From: an uncultured delta proteobacterium
GTDB taxonomy: Bacteria > Myxococcota > Myxococcia > Myxococcales > Anaeromyxobacteraceae
NCBI GenBank assembly: GCA_963814585.1
Contig: CAWFDF010000012.1
Location: 352,001-416,000, forward strand
Length of the DNA: 64,000 bases
Direction: 5' to 3'
Made by a program: the position numbers and the translations under genes
Shown here: positions 19,273 to 30,677 of the stretch, piece after piece
Position numbering within the stretch: the first letter of the stretch is position 1
How the letters are laid out: every line of letters starts with the position of its first letter
The notes under the pieces: model-generated
What the model was told of the DNA's origin: nothing
Database searches by the model: none
Seen by the model: the letters and a program-made list of their open reading frames with translations, nothing else

Positions 19273-21096
19273 TCAGCGCACCAGCACCAGCGAGCGGAAG
19301 GCCAGCGCGTACCGGGCCCCGACCTGGAGGCCGCGGTGGGCGGCCCGTCCCCGGATCACCTGCGGATCCATGTAGGGCCGGTGGGCCTGGGTCGCATGCA
19401 GGGCGCAGGCCCGCAGGTGGTCGTCGAGGTAGTGGCTGATGTCCACGAACAGGTTGGGCTGGAACCGCTCGGTGGTCGAGACGTCCTCGTAGCAGAGCAC
19501 CGTGGGCACGCCGCGCGCCGCCTCGCGGGTGGCGGCGTGGACGGCCCGGTGGTCGCCGTGGACGTCGGCGTCGCTGTGGGTCAGCACGACGGTGGGCCGC
19601 AGCTCCTTCACCCGGACCTCGATGGCCGCCTTCACCTCCCCCACCCGATCCTGGAGGCCGCTGTCGGGCAGGTCGAGCACCTCGTGGCCGTCGAGCCCGA
19701 GGAAGCGGGCGGCGCGGGCGCTCTCCTCCGGCCGGGCCTCGGGCCGGTCGGTGCCGCGCTCGCCCCGGGTCAAGGTGAGGCCGTGGACCTGCGCGCCGCT
19801 GGCCTTGAGCTTGAGGATGAAGCCGGCGCAGCCGAGCTCGATGTCGTCGGGGTGGGCGCCCACCATCAGCACCACCTGTCCGGCGAACTCCGGCTCGGTC
19901 GGCTCGCGCCGCAGCACCGCCAGCAGCGCCGTGGCCAGGCCGGCGATGATCAGCACCTCGGTGCCCGCCTCGATGATGCGGGGATCCGTCCAGCTCGTAA
20001 GCCACGGCTGGAACACGAAGGTGGCCACGTTCAGGACCAGGGCGACCGGCACCACCCAGACCGCCATCAGGCGCGCCCAGGGGCGGCGGCGGAGGCCGTG
20101 GCGGACCCGCCCCGAGACCAGCACCAGGAGCGGCAGCAGGGCCACGTGCACCAGGAGCTCGGCCCACTCGGAGGTGCTGCGGAGCGGCGCCAGCGCCCCC
20201 TCGCGGTCGAGCGCCGCGGTGAGCTGGATGGCCCCCTCGTCGCTCGGGCTCATCCGCAGGGCCAGCACGGCGTGCTCGCGGGCCGGGATGAGCCGGCCCT
20301 GCGCCAGGTAGCTCCGCCCCAGCGCCACCTGGGCCGAGGCCGACTCGGGGTCGAGCTGGGTCACGACCGACCAGGCGGCGATGGCCGCGGGCCAGTCCCT
20401 GCGGCGCTCCTGGGTCTCGGCCAGCAGGCGCCGGGCCTCGAGATCGGCCGGGGCGATCGCCACCGCCGCCTGCGCCGCCCCGAGGGCCTCGTCGAGCCTC
20501 CCCTGCTGGGAGAGGAGCCGGGCCTGGTCCCGGTGGAGATCGGCGTCCCGGGGGTAGAGCCGCAGCGCCCGCTCCAGCACCGGGGCGGCCCCGGCGGCGT
20601 CACCCCGGAGCAGCCGGGTGCGGGCCATGCCCTTGAGCGCCTCGTGGTAATCCGGGTGCCTGGCCAGGACGTCCTCGTAGAGCCGCTCCGCCTCGTCGAG
20701 CCGCTTGGCCCAGGAGAGCGCGTCGGCCAGGTCGCTCTGCAGCGCCGCGTCGTCGGGGCGCCGCGCGATGGCCTCGCGGTAGCGGACGATGGCCTCGTCG
20801 TAGCGGCCGGCCCAGGCCAGGAGCTGTCCGAGGTGGCCGAGCGCGTCGGCGTCGCGCGGGGCGATGGCGAGGAGCTGCTGGTAGGAGCGGATGGCGTCGT
20901 CGAAGCGGTGCTCCTTGGTGTGGGCGCGGCCCTGGCGGCGCAGCTCCTCGATCCCGGCCGCCGTGCTCCCGGACTCCGCCGGCGGGAAGGGGGGCGGCGG
21001 CCCGTCACCGGGGGCGCCGCGCTGGGCCAGGGCGATCGGCGAGCCACCGGCGACGAGCAGGGCCACCAGGGCCGCGGGCGGGAGAGGGAGCTTCAC
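19273..21096 (-). CDS. Signal peptide-TPR-3TM-PIG-L/LmbE deacetylase fusion
   Basis: GTG 21096 inferred; ~7 TPRs; three hydrophobic helices; AHPDDIE, TRGE, HGDH motifs. Confidence 0.85.
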   Translation of the reverse strand: MKLPLPPAALVALLVAGGSPIALAQRGAPGDGPPPPFPPAESGSTAAGIEELRRQGRAHTKEHRFDDAIRSYQQLLAIAPRDADALGHLGQLLAWAGRYDEAIVRYREAIARRPDDAALQSDLADALSWAKRLDEAERLYEDVLARHPDYHEALKGMARTRLLRGDAAGAAPVLERALRLYPRDADLHRDQARLLSQQGRLDEALGAAQAAVAIAPADLEARRLLAETQERRRDWPAAIAAWSVVTQLDPESASAQVALGRSYLAQGRLIPAREHAVLALRMSPSDEGAIQLTAALDREGALAPLRSTSEWAELLVHVALLPLLVLVSGRVRHGLRRRPWARLMAVWVVPVALVLNVATFVFQPWLTSWTDPRIIEAGTEVLIIAGLATALLAVLRREPTEPEFAGQVVLMVGAHPDDIELGCAGFILKLKASGAQVHGLTLTRGERGTDRPEARPEESARAARFLGLDGHEVLDLPDSGLQDRVGEVKAAIEVRVKELRPTVVLTHSDADVHGDHRAVHAATREAARGVPTVLCYEDVSTTERFQPNLFVDISHYLDDHLRACALHATQAHRPYMDPQVIRGRAAHRGLQVGARYALAFRSLVLVR

Positions 21097-21109
21097 GACG
21101 AGGTGACTC

Positions 21110-22399
21110 TTACAGCACCCCGGTTCGCCACTCCACGTCGAGCAGCAGCGTGGCGTCGCTGCGTGGACCGGCGGTGGGGCTGGTGCTCTCCGGGCCCGGG
21201 TTGGCCACGTACTTGAAGCCGCCTCCCAGCGCCAGTGCGGGCGTGATCCCGTAGCGGGCCCGGGCCCAGAAGACGTTGCCGTCCTTGCCGGCGAAGGTGG
21301 GACCGGAGGCGCTGGAGTAGCGATCGAAGATCCACTGGAGGTCGAGGGCGAGCCGCTCCTGCGGCCGGAGCTCCAGCGCCGAGAGGACCGACCAGGCATA
21401 GCTGGCGTCGAGGTCGCGGTTGGGGATGACGCGGACGCTGGCGGTGAGCAGGTCCGACTCCCAGGCCACACCGCCGCCCACCAGCAGCTCGCGGCGCATG
21501 ACGACGTCGGTGGCGGCGGCACAGTCCGGCGACGGGGCCCCGGGCGTGCAGACGGTGCCGGCCGGGGCCCCGGGCAGCGGCCGGCCCTTGATGGCGGTCT
21601 GGTCGGGATCCGGGTCGAAGAGCACGGCGGCCACGGCGGAGATCGCGAAGCCGTGGCCGAGCAGGACCTCGACGTCGGCGGTGGCCTTGTGGTTCACCAC
21701 GTAGGTCTGCGGATCGTAGAAGAAGTTGGGCGTGAAGAGCTGGTACGCCAGCCCGGCCCGGACCGTCCTGCCGAAGCGGTGGGAGACCTCGACCTCGATG
21801 CGCGGGACCAGGTCGTAGGCGTTCGAGTCGGGCGTGGGCCGATCGGCGCCGGAGTAGGCGTAGCGGCGCAGCGAGAGGTCGCCCTTCAGGTAGGAGCCGG
21901 GGGCGTGGAAGAAGTAGGCGGTCGCGTAGCCCTTGGCGGACTCGTAGAAGATGCTGTCGGACCACCCGGCGCCGGCCTGCAGCTCGAGGCGATCGAGGCC
22001 GGCGTAGCGGAGCTGTCCCTCCACCGCCTGCTTGGAGGTGCCGGGCTCGGTGCCGCCCAGCCAGGCCCGGACCGCCAGCCCGCGCGAGCGCTCCAGCGCG
22101 GCCAGGTCGTCCCGCGCCTCCCGGTCGGCGGGGTCGATCGCGATCGCCTGGCGGAGGGCCTCGGCGGCCTCGGGCGTCCGGTGCAGCCCCCGGAGCGACC
22201 AGCCGATCCGCTTCCAGGTCTCGGCGCTCGGGCCGCCCGCCGCCAGCTCGGCCTGGTACTCGGCCAGCGCCGCCTGGTACCGTCCCTCGGCGCGCCGCCG
22301 ATCGCCCTCGGCCTGATGGGCCTGCGCGGCGGCGGGATCGGCCGCTGCGGCGGGGCCGGCGAAGTGCAGCAGGACCGTCAGGGGCAGGATCAGGCGCAT
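21110..22399 (-). CDS. TPR plus predicted outer-membrane beta-barrel (YaiO/PgaA-like export protein)
   Basis: Signal peptide, two TPRs, Tyr/Phe-rich alternating strands to the C-terminus. Confidence 0.65.
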   Translation of the reverse strand: MRLILPLTVLLHFAGPAAAADPAAAQAHQAEGDRRRAEGRYQAALAEYQAELAAGGPSAETWKRIGWSLRGLHRTPEAAEALRQAIAIDPADREARDDLAALERSRGLAVRAWLGGTEPGTSKQAVEGQLRYAGLDRLELQAGAGWSDSIFYESAKGYATAYFFHAPGSYLKGDLSLRRYAYSGADRPTPDSNAYDLVPRIEVEVSHRFGRTVRAGLAYQLFTPNFFYDPQTYVVNHKATADVEVLLGHGFAISAVAAVLFDPDPDQTAIKGRPLPGAPAGTVCTPGAPSPDCAAATDVVMRRELLVGGGVAWESDLLTASVRVIPNRDLDASYAWSVLSALELRPQERLALDLQWIFDRYSSASGPTFAGKDGNVFWARARYGITPALALGGGFKYVANPGPESTSPTAGPRSDATLLLDVEWRTGVL

Positions 22400-23262
22400 C
22401 GTCCGTTCCTCCAGGCGTCATCGAGGGCGTCGAGCACCTCGCGCGCGGTGAGCACGTTGGCGCCGAGCCGGGCGTTGAGCTCCAGCACCGCCGGCCTTCC
22501 GTCGAGGCCGACCCGGACGTCGGCGTCGAGCGGCCCCTCGAGCCGGAGCACCCGGGCGGCCGCGACCGCGAGGGCGGCCAGGTCGGGGCGATGGACGCGC
22601 TCGACCCCGGTGGCGTTGCCCACCTCCCCGTCCTTCAGGCCGGTCTTGCGGAGCACCACCGCCGCCGGAACGCAGCCGTCGCGCTCGAGGAACAGGTTCA
22701 CGTCGAACTCCTCGCCGGGGAGGAAGGCCTGCCAGACCACCTCCTCGGCGCCGATCCGCGCCAGATCGGCGAGCGTCCGGTGGACCAGCACGCCGCGCCC
22801 GCCGCGCCCGAAGCGCGGCTTGGAGAGCAGCGGGAGGGCGAGCTGCCGGGCGGCCTCGACGCCGGTCATGGTCCCCGGGAAGGTGGCCGGGGCCGCCACG
22901 CCCGCCCGGGCCAGGGCCTGGGCCGTGAGCAGCTTGTCGTTGGCGACGTCGATCCCGGCCGGCTCCGAGACCGCGGCCGCGATGCCGCGCTCGCGCAGCA
23001 CCGGGCGGATCCGGGAGACGACCGGCAGCTCCTCGGTCACGGTGGGCACCACCAGCGACGCCCGCCCGGCCACGGCCAGGTCGACGAGCGCCGAGGGGTA
23101 GGCCGGATCGCGGGCCATGGGCACCAGCCGGAACTCGGTCGCCGCCGACGCCACCTCGCGCACGTCGGTCCCGATCACCCGGTAGCCGCGCTCCACGAAG
23201 TAGGCCGCACCGGCCCGGCCCGCCGGGCCGCCCACGCCCGTCACCAGCACGGTTGCATTCAC
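22390..23262 (-). CDS. ATP-grasp domain ligase
   Basis: VPTVTEEL, DKLLT, KPRFGRGGRG, QAFLPGEEF, LELNAR. Confidence 0.88.
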   Translation of the reverse strand: MNATVLVTGVGGPAGRAGAAYFVERGYRVIGTDVREVASAATEFRLVPMARDPAYPSALVDLAVAGRASLVVPTVTEELPVVSRIRPVLRERGIAAAVSEPAGIDVANDKLLTAQALARAGVAAPATFPGTMTGVEAARQLALPLLSKPRFGRGGRGVLVHRTLADLARIGAEEVVWQAFLPGEEFDVNLFLERDGCVPAAVVLRKTGLKDGEVGNATGVERVHRPDLAALAVAAARVLRLEGPLDADVRVGLDGRPAVLELNARLGANVLTAREVLDALDDAWRNGRCA

Positions 23263-23469
23263 CTGAAGTGTTCCTCCCAGGTGCTTCTTGACTCACGACA
23301 AGGGCCGCTGACAACCCGGATTTCCGCCGACCGCGCCTCCGCAAGGATCAAGCCCTTGACACGACAGGTGAATCTGGATTGTGGCAACTTGGTGACGAAC
23401 CGGACCGGGGCCCGAGTCCAGGGTGGCGAGGCGGCCTCCACCGTCACCCTCCTCCGCTACACTGCGCTC

Positions 23470-24150
23470 ATGTCGGACCTGGCTCCGGGCGACCTGTCCT
23501 ACCAGCTGGTGGTGGCCGAGTACTTCCTCGGCCTCTCCGGCAAGGGGCTGATGGTCTCGCCGCTCGACCGGGAGCTGGTCGCCGACTGGGAGCGGCGCGG
23601 CCTCCCGGTGCCGGTGGTGCTGCGCGGCCTGCAGCAGGGCTGGCAGGACTTCGAGCTGCGCCGCGCCCCCGGCGCCAGCGCGCCCCGCTCGATCCGCGCC
23701 CTGCGCTTCGCCGTCGAGGACGAGTGGCGCGCCTTCACCTCGCGCGCGGTGGGCGACGCCCCGCCGCCGCCGAACGAGTCCGGCGCCGCCGGGGCCCGGC
23801 TCGACGCGGCCCGCCGGCGGCTCGCCGAGGCCGTCGACGGCGCCCCGGCGGCCTGGCGCACCGGCTACCGCGCGGCGCTCGCCGAGCTCGACGCCACCGT
23901 CGCCGCCGGCCCGGGCGTCTCGCTGGAGCGGGTCGAGGCCGCGGTCGCCGCCGCCGACGCCCGCCTGCTCTCGGCCTGGCTGGCCTCGCTCGACCGCCCT
24001 CGCCGCGCCGCCCTCGGCCCCCGCCTCGCGCTCCGGGCCGGCCCCCGCCACCGCGGCGCCAGCCGGCGCGCCCACCGGGAGACCCTGCGCCACCACCTGC
24101 TCGAGGCCGCCCGCGCCGCCGGGCTGACCTGCCTGCGGGGAACGGTGTAG
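23470..24150 (+). CDS. Hypothetical protein with DnaD-like N-terminal segment
   Basis: EYF...GLMVSPLDRELVADWERRGLPVPVVLRGL; 13 bp upstream of DnaC-like ATPase. Confidence 0.55.
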   Translation: MSDLAPGDLSYQLVVAEYFLGLSGKGLMVSPLDRELVADWERRGLPVPVVLRGLQQGWQDFELRRAPGASAPRSIRALRFAVEDEWRAFTSRAVGDAPPPPNESGAAGARLDAARRRLAEAVDGAPAAWRTGYRAALAELDATVAAGPGVSLERVEAAVAAADARLLSAWLASLDRPRRAALGPRLALRAGPRHRGASRRAHRETLRHHLLEAARAAGLTCLRGTV

Positions 24151-24163
24151 AGTCCGCGCCCTG

Positions 24164-25051
24164 ATGTCCACCCCGGTCGAGAGCACCCCGTGCGCGTCCT
24201 GCGGCGGCGCCGGCTACCTGGTCGAGCAGGTCCTCGGCAAGACGGCCCGGGCTCGCCGCTGCGAGTGCCAGGCCCGCTGCACCCGCTGCAACGGCAGCGG
24301 CTTCGCGCTGGTCCCCTCGCCGTCCGGGCCGGTGGCGCAGGCCTGCTCCTGCCGGCACCTCGACGAGCGGCTGGCGCTCTTCAACCAGATCGGCATCCCC
24401 GCCGCGGTCGCCAGGGCCAGCTTCGACGGCTTCAAGGTCTGGTCGCCGGAGCACGCCGGGGCCAAGGGCATCGCCGAGGACTTCGCCCGGAAGTTCCGCC
24501 GGGACGAGCCCACCAAGGGCTTCCTCCTCTACGGCCGGCCCGGCGGCGGGAAGACCCACCTGCTGGCCTCGACGCTGCGCTGGCTGGCCCTGGAGAAGGG
24601 CGTGGCCAGCCGCTACGTCGAGTTCATGCTGCTGCTCTCGGACATGAAGGACGGCTTCGGCGCGGGGCGGAGCCACATGGAGATCCTGCGGCCGCTCCTC
24701 TCGGTCCCGGTGCTGGCCATCGACGAGCTGGGCAAGGAGCGCGGCACGCCCTGGGAGCAGTCGATGCTCGACGAGCTGATCAGCCGCCGCTTCAACAGCG
24801 GCCTCTCCACGCTCTTCGCCACCAACTACTTCGTCGAGCCGCGCGCCGCGCCCCCGGATCCCGCCCGCCGGGCCGATCCGCGCTCCCCGGAGTTCCGGCA
24901 GGAGGCCGAGTCCATGACCCTGGCGCAGCGGGTCGGCGACCGGATCTACTCCCGGCTGAGCGAGATGTGCACCTTCGCCAAGCTCGATCCGGGCATGGAC
25001 GTCCGCAAGGACGTGCACGGCGCCGGGGCCGGGGGCTTCTGGCGCCGCTGA
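24164..25051 (+). CDS. DnaC/IstB-like AAA+ ATPase with N-terminal Cys-rich Zn-binding region
   Basis: CxxCGG/CxC repeats, Walker A GRPGGGKT, Walker B LAIDELGKE, ATN, RIYSRL. Confidence 0.85.
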   Translation: MSTPVESTPCASCGGAGYLVEQVLGKTARARRCECQARCTRCNGSGFALVPSPSGPVAQACSCRHLDERLALFNQIGIPAAVARASFDGFKVWSPEHAGAKGIAEDFARKFRRDEPTKGFLLYGRPGGGKTHLLASTLRWLALEKGVASRYVEFMLLLSDMKDGFGAGRSHMEILRPLLSVPVLAIDELGKERGTPWEQSMLDELISRRFNSGLSTLFATNYFVEPRAAPPDPARRADPRSPEFRQEAESMTLAQRVGDRIYSRLSEMCTFAKLDPGMDVRKDVHGAGAGGFWRR

Positions 25052-25072
25052 GCGCGGGCGCGCGGCCGGCAG

Positions 25073-25222
25073 CTACATCGCCAACATCACCAGCAGCGCC
25101 ATCGCTGTGACGACGATGACCAGGGACCGCCTCCCGCTCGGCCGCGACGCCTCCGCGGCCGCCCCGGAGAGGGGGCGCCGGCTCCTGCTGCTCCATGCAA
25201 GGCTGGTCGGCTGCGTGGTCAT
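25073..25222 (-). CDS. 49-aa small protein with C-terminal TM helix (below ORF-track cutoff)
   Basis: MTTQPTSLAWSSRSRRPLSGAAAEASRPSGRRSLVIVVTAMALLVMLAM*; SD GGAGG upstream; sigma54-like motif upstream. Confidence 0.5.
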   Translation of the reverse strand: MTTQPTSLAWSSRSRRPLSGAAAEASRPSGRRSLVIVVTAMALLVMLAM

Positions 25223-25257
25223 GGCCCCTCCCCCGTCTCGGCGTGACGGCATGATCC

Positions 25258-25273
25258 AGCAAGCCGCGTACCC
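25258..25273 (-). promoter_or_regulatory. Putative sigma54 promoter of the 49-aa ORF
   Basis: Minus strand GG-TACGCGGCTT-GC(T): GG-N10-GC with TTGC. Confidence 0.45.
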
Positions 25274-25430
25274 GCCTGGTCACGAAAGGGACGCCCGCCA
25301 TTTCAGGTGGATCCGGGGCCGGTGTCCCGTGAACCCGGGTGGTACGGCGACGCCCCGCGGGTCGTCGGAGCCCGGTCCACGGGGACCCGGTGCGTCCATG
25401 TCGGACAGCCCCCGGCGACCTCGGCGCAGG

Positions 25431-26594
25431 CTACCCGATCAACCTACGGTGTATTTCACGCGCCGTGTCGGCGAGGAGCCCCGCCTCGGCGTACACCGTC
25501 ACCTCGAGCGGCCCCACCTCGACCGCCAGCGGCGCCGCGCCCAGCGCCGCCAGCGCCGCCACCAGGGCCTCGCGGACCCGCGGGGTGGCGGCCACCCCGG
25601 TCCCGACCACGGTCACCGCGCCGATCCCCTCGGCGGTGACGCGGGCCCCGTCGATCTCGCGCCCCAGCGCCTCGGCCAGCGGCGCGAAGCCGTGGACGTT
25701 CTCGAGCGCCACGGCCAGCACCGCGCGGCCCGGCGCCCCCTCGACGCGCGCCCACGGGGCGTGGGCCGCCGCCAGCAGGGCCTGCGCCCGCCCGGCCGCC
25801 GCCTCCGGGACGTCCACCAGCGCCAGCTCCCGCTCGACCGCCACGCCGGCGATCCGCGCGACGCCGCTCCCGGCACGCACCACCGTCTCCTCGTCGCCGC
25901 CGAAGCTGCTCCGGGCCCGGATGGCGATGCCGGTGCTCCGGGCGAACTCCACCGCCTGGGCGTTGAGCACCTTGGCGCCGGCCCGGGCCAGCGCCTGCAT
26001 CTCCTCGTAGGAGAGCTCGTCCTGCCGCCGCGCCCCGGGCACCACCCGCGGGTCGGCGGTGAAGACCCCGGCCACGTCGCTGTAGATCTCGCAGTCGGCG
26101 GCCAGCGCCGCCGCCAGGGCCACCGCCGTGGTGTCCGAGCCGCCCCGCCCCAGCGTGGTGATCTCCCGGCGCGCCGAGACGCCCTGGAAGCCCGCCACGA
26201 TCACCACCTTGCCCCGGGCCAGCTCCTCGCGGACCCGGGTGGGCCGCACCTCGAGGATGCGCGCGGTGGCGTGGGCGTCGGAGGTCAGGATGCCGGCCTG
26301 GCTGCCGGTGAAGCTGATGGCGTCCACCCCCAGCTCCTGCAGCGCGATGGAGAGGAGCGCCATCGAGATGCGCTCGCCGGCCGTGAGCAGCATGTCGAGC
26401 TCGCGCCGCGGCGGGTCGGGAGAGACCTGCTTCGCCAGCCGCAGCAGGTCGTCGGTGGTGTCGCCCATGGCCGAGACCACCACGCAGACGTCGTCCCCGG
26501 CCCGGCGGCGCGCCGCCACCCTGGCCGCCACGCGCCTCAGCCTGTCGACGTCGGCCACCGAGGACCCGCCGTACTTCTGGACCACCACCGCCAT
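25431..26594 (-). CDS. lysC: Aspartate kinase
   Basis: [39 protein letters not shown]. Confidence 0.93.
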   Translation of the reverse strand: MAVVVQKYGGSSVADVDRLRRVAARVAARRRAGDDVCVVVSAMGDTTDDLLRLAKQVSPDPPRRELDMLLTAGERISMALLSIALQELGVDAISFTGSQAGILTSDAHATARILEVRPTRVREELARGKVVIVAGFQGVSARREITTLGRGGSDTTAVALAAALAADCEIYSDVAGVFTADPRVVPGARRQDELSYEEMQALARAGAKVLNAQAVEFARSTGIAIRARSSFGGDEETVVRAGSGVARIAGVAVERELALVDVPEAAAGRAQALLAAAHAPWARVEGAPGRAVLAVALENVHGFAPLAEALGREIDGARVTAEGIGAVTVVGTGVAATPRVREALVAALAALGAAPLAVEVGPLEVTVYAEAGLLADTAREIHRRLIG

Positions 26595-26751
26595 CGGAGC
26601 CACCCTCCGGCCGCGACCGTGCCACCGGTGCGGCGGGCCGTCCAGCACCGGGCGGCCCGGCGGCCCTCCACCGCGCCCCCGGGGGCCTCCGGGTTGACCC
26701 GGGCCGGCATCCCGGCTAGATCTCCCCGGCCGAAAGAGAAAAGGACTGCCC

Positions 26752-27018
26752 ATGGCCCGCGTCACCGTCGAAGACTGCCTGCCCCTCGTCGACAACCGCT
26801 TCGCGCTGGTGCTCCTCGCCACCAAGCGCACCCGCCAGCTCATGGCCGGCGCCCGCCCGCTCCAGCCCAACACCAAGAACAAGGCGCCGGTCCTCTCGCT
26901 GCGCGAGATCGCCACGGGCAAGGTCCGGTTCGACCGCCCGGTGCGCGACGCCCTCTCGGGCAAGTACGACAACGAGAAGGTCACCATCGCCTCGAGCCAG
27001 ACCCGCACGCTGCGGTAG
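26752..27018 (+). CDS. rpoZ: RNA polymerase omega subunit
   Basis: [10 protein letters not shown]...[16 protein letters not shown]...LREIATG. Confidence 0.97.
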   Translation: MARVTVEDCLPLVDNRFALVLLATKRTRQLMAGARPLQPNTKNKAPVLSLREIATGKVRFDRPVRDALSGKYDNEKVTIASSQTRTLR

Positions 27019-27042
27019 GGTCGGGCGCGATCGCGGTTCACC

Positions 27043-27064
27043 AGGGGCGCCTCCGGGCGCCCCT
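27043..27064 (+). terminator. GC-rich hairpin after rpoZ
   Basis: AGGGGCGCC-TCCG-GGCGCCCCT inverted repeat; weak U-tract. Confidence 0.5.
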
Positions 27065-27195
27065 CTCCATTCCTGCAGGGTCCCGTGACCGTCCTCCGCG
27101 CTCCTCCCCCGAGATCGGCAGTCTCCCTCCTCGACTGCTGAGGGCTCCCTCGAAAGTCCAGTCGTTTCGCGTGGGTGAATAATCGTCCCCGCCGC

Positions 27196-27223
27196 TTGAC
27201 ACCGGCCCGCCGGTGATTACCAT
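27196..27223 (+). promoter_or_regulatory. sigma70-type promoter of groESL
   Basis: TTGACA-16 bp-TACCAT just upstream of CIRCE. Confidence 0.65.
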
Positions 27224-27233
27224 GCCGCCGTCC

Positions 27234-27260
27234 CTGGCACTCGGAGGTCGAGACTGCCAG
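27234..27260 (+). promoter_or_regulatory. CIRCE element (HrcA operator)
   Basis: CTGGCACTC-N9-GACTGCCAG vs consensus TTAGCACTC-N9-GAGTGCTAA, upstream of groES. Confidence 0.85.
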
Positions 27261-27331
27261 AGGCCTCTTCGAACCAACGTGCGGCCGCGCCCCTCCCGGG
27301 CCAGCCGACCCTACGCACCAGGAGGAAGTCC

Positions 27332-29309
<1,978 letters not shown>

Positions 29310-29338
29310 TCCGCCCCGCTCGAGAGAGCGGACGCCTC

Positions 29339-29374
29339 ACGGGGTCGCCGGGGAACCGGCGGCCCCGTTTCATT
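29339..29374 (+). terminator. Rho-independent terminator after groEL
   Basis: ACGGGGTCGCCGG-GGAA-CCGGCGGCCCCGT followed by TTCATT. Confidence 0.7.
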
Positions 29375-29388
29375 CCGGGAGCATGACG

Positions 29389-29808
29389 CTAGAGCGCTCC
29401 GAAGAGCGCGGTGGCCACCCGGCCCAGCCCCTCGACCACGCCGGCCGGCCAGAGCAGCAGCGGCAGCGCCAGGCCGAACCCCATCCCGATGGCCAGCGCC
29501 CGCGGGTGCAGCCGCTCCTCGAGCCGCGCCTCCAGGGCCGAGACCCCGGTGAGCGTCAGCGTCAGCAGCCCGCCGGTCACGAAGGCCGCCGGGGGCGGGA
29601 AGCCGAGCAGCACCAGCCCCGCCGAGAGCGCCACCACCGCCGCGGCGTTGATGACGTCCCGGCCGTGGCCCGCCCACCAGGCCCGGTGCTCCTCGCGCCG
29701 CAGGTGCTCGCCCAGCTCCTCCAGCCGGACCGTCCCGGCCACCGCGGCCAGCAGGGCCAGCCGGGCCAGCAGCTGCTCGGCGTCGCCGCGCGGCTGGAGC
29801 GTCCACAT
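29389..29808 (-). CDS. Hypothetical membrane protein
   Basis: Three to four hydrophobic helices, GC3-rich frame. Confidence 0.6.
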   Translation of the reverse strand: MWTLQPRGDAEQLLARLALLAAVAGTVRLEELGEHLRREEHRAWWAGHGRDVINAAAVVALSAGLVLLGFPPPAAFVTGGLLTLTLTGVSALEARLEERLHPRALAIGMGFGLALPLLLWPAGVVEGLGRVATALFGAL

Positions 29809-29836
29809 GCCGTGGATGGTACCGGAGCGTGCGCCG

Positions 29837-30613
29837 TCAGGGAACGCCGGGGAGGAGCTCGAGCACCGAGCTGCTCCTCCGCTCCCCCGCCTCGCCGGCC
29901 CCCGACCAGCGCCGCTCGTCCTGGAAGGACACCGCCAGCAGCCGGTCGCCCACCCGGGTGAAGCGCCAGGCCTGCTTCACCTCGGTCTCGAAGGTGATGA
30001 TCAGGAAGACCCGCCCCTTGCCGAGCAGCCGCGCGTCCGCGGCCAGCGGCAGCCCGTCGGGGCCGAGCCAGATCCTGCCGATGGCGTCCAGGTCCTTCAG
30101 GTACTTCCGCTCCCGGGCCTGCAGCGCCGGCGAGAGCCGCAGCACCAGCAGCCGGGCCGGCGCGCCGTCGAGCCGATCCTCCCTCTCCTCGATCAGCGTG
30201 GCGCGCGCCAGCTCGTCGCGGAGCTTGCCCGCCGCGTCCAGGCGGTTGGCGAGATCGATGGCCTGCACCTGCGCCAGGCCGTCGCGCGTGGGCGTCGATG
30301 CCTCGTGGTCGGCGGCGTGGCGCCGCTCCTCCTCGCGCGCCTGCTGGAGGACCGCATGTCCCCAGCGGATCTCCAGGCCGCTGGCGGTCTCGGTGGCCTC
30401 GCCGGACACCTCCCCGCCCACCTTGAGCGCCTCCTGGCCCTCGCCGGTGACGTTCTCGAACCGGACCGTGAACCGGGCGGAGACCGGCGTCCTCGCCGTG
30501 AGCCTCCCCAGCGCGGCCTGCAGGTCGGCGAGCGGATCGGGGCGCGGCCCGATGGCCGGATCGGCGCCCAGCGCCAGCGCGGCCAGCAGGGCGAGGGAGG
30601 TGGAGGCGGTCAT
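29837..30613 (-). CDS. Hypothetical secreted protein (possible LolA-like beta fold)
   Basis: Signal MTASTSLALLAALALG; EDRLDGAPARLLVL...GRIWLGPDGLP pattern. Confidence 0.6.
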   Translation of the reverse strand: MTASTSLALLAALALGADPAIGPRPDPLADLQAALGRLTARTPVSARFTVRFENVTGEGQEALKVGGEVSGEATETASGLEIRWGHAVLQQAREEERRHAADHEASTPTRDGLAQVQAIDLANRLDAAGKLRDELARATLIEEREDRLDGAPARLLVLRLSPALQARERKYLKDLDAIGRIWLGPDGLPLAADARLLGKGRVFLIITFETEVKQAWRFTRVGDRLLAVSFQDERRWSGAGEAGERRSSSVLELLPGVP

Positions 30614-30677
30614 GCGACCTTCATAGCGTGGCGGCGGCCGCCCGGCTCATCGGCCTTCGGCAGGCACCTCGGGTCGA

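Noticed and set aside
23263..23469. c-di-GMP riboswitch upstream of the synthase operon
   Set aside because: Could not identify GEMM consensus elements by eye; an Infernal scan would be needed
24164..25051. IS21 element (IstB-like ATPase)
   Set aside because: No IstA DDE transposase or terminal inverted repeats; upstream gene is not transposase-like
26595..26751. Lysine riboswitch upstream of lysC
   Set aside because: The gap is only ~155 bp, shared with the divergent rpoZ promoter, and shows no L-box motifs
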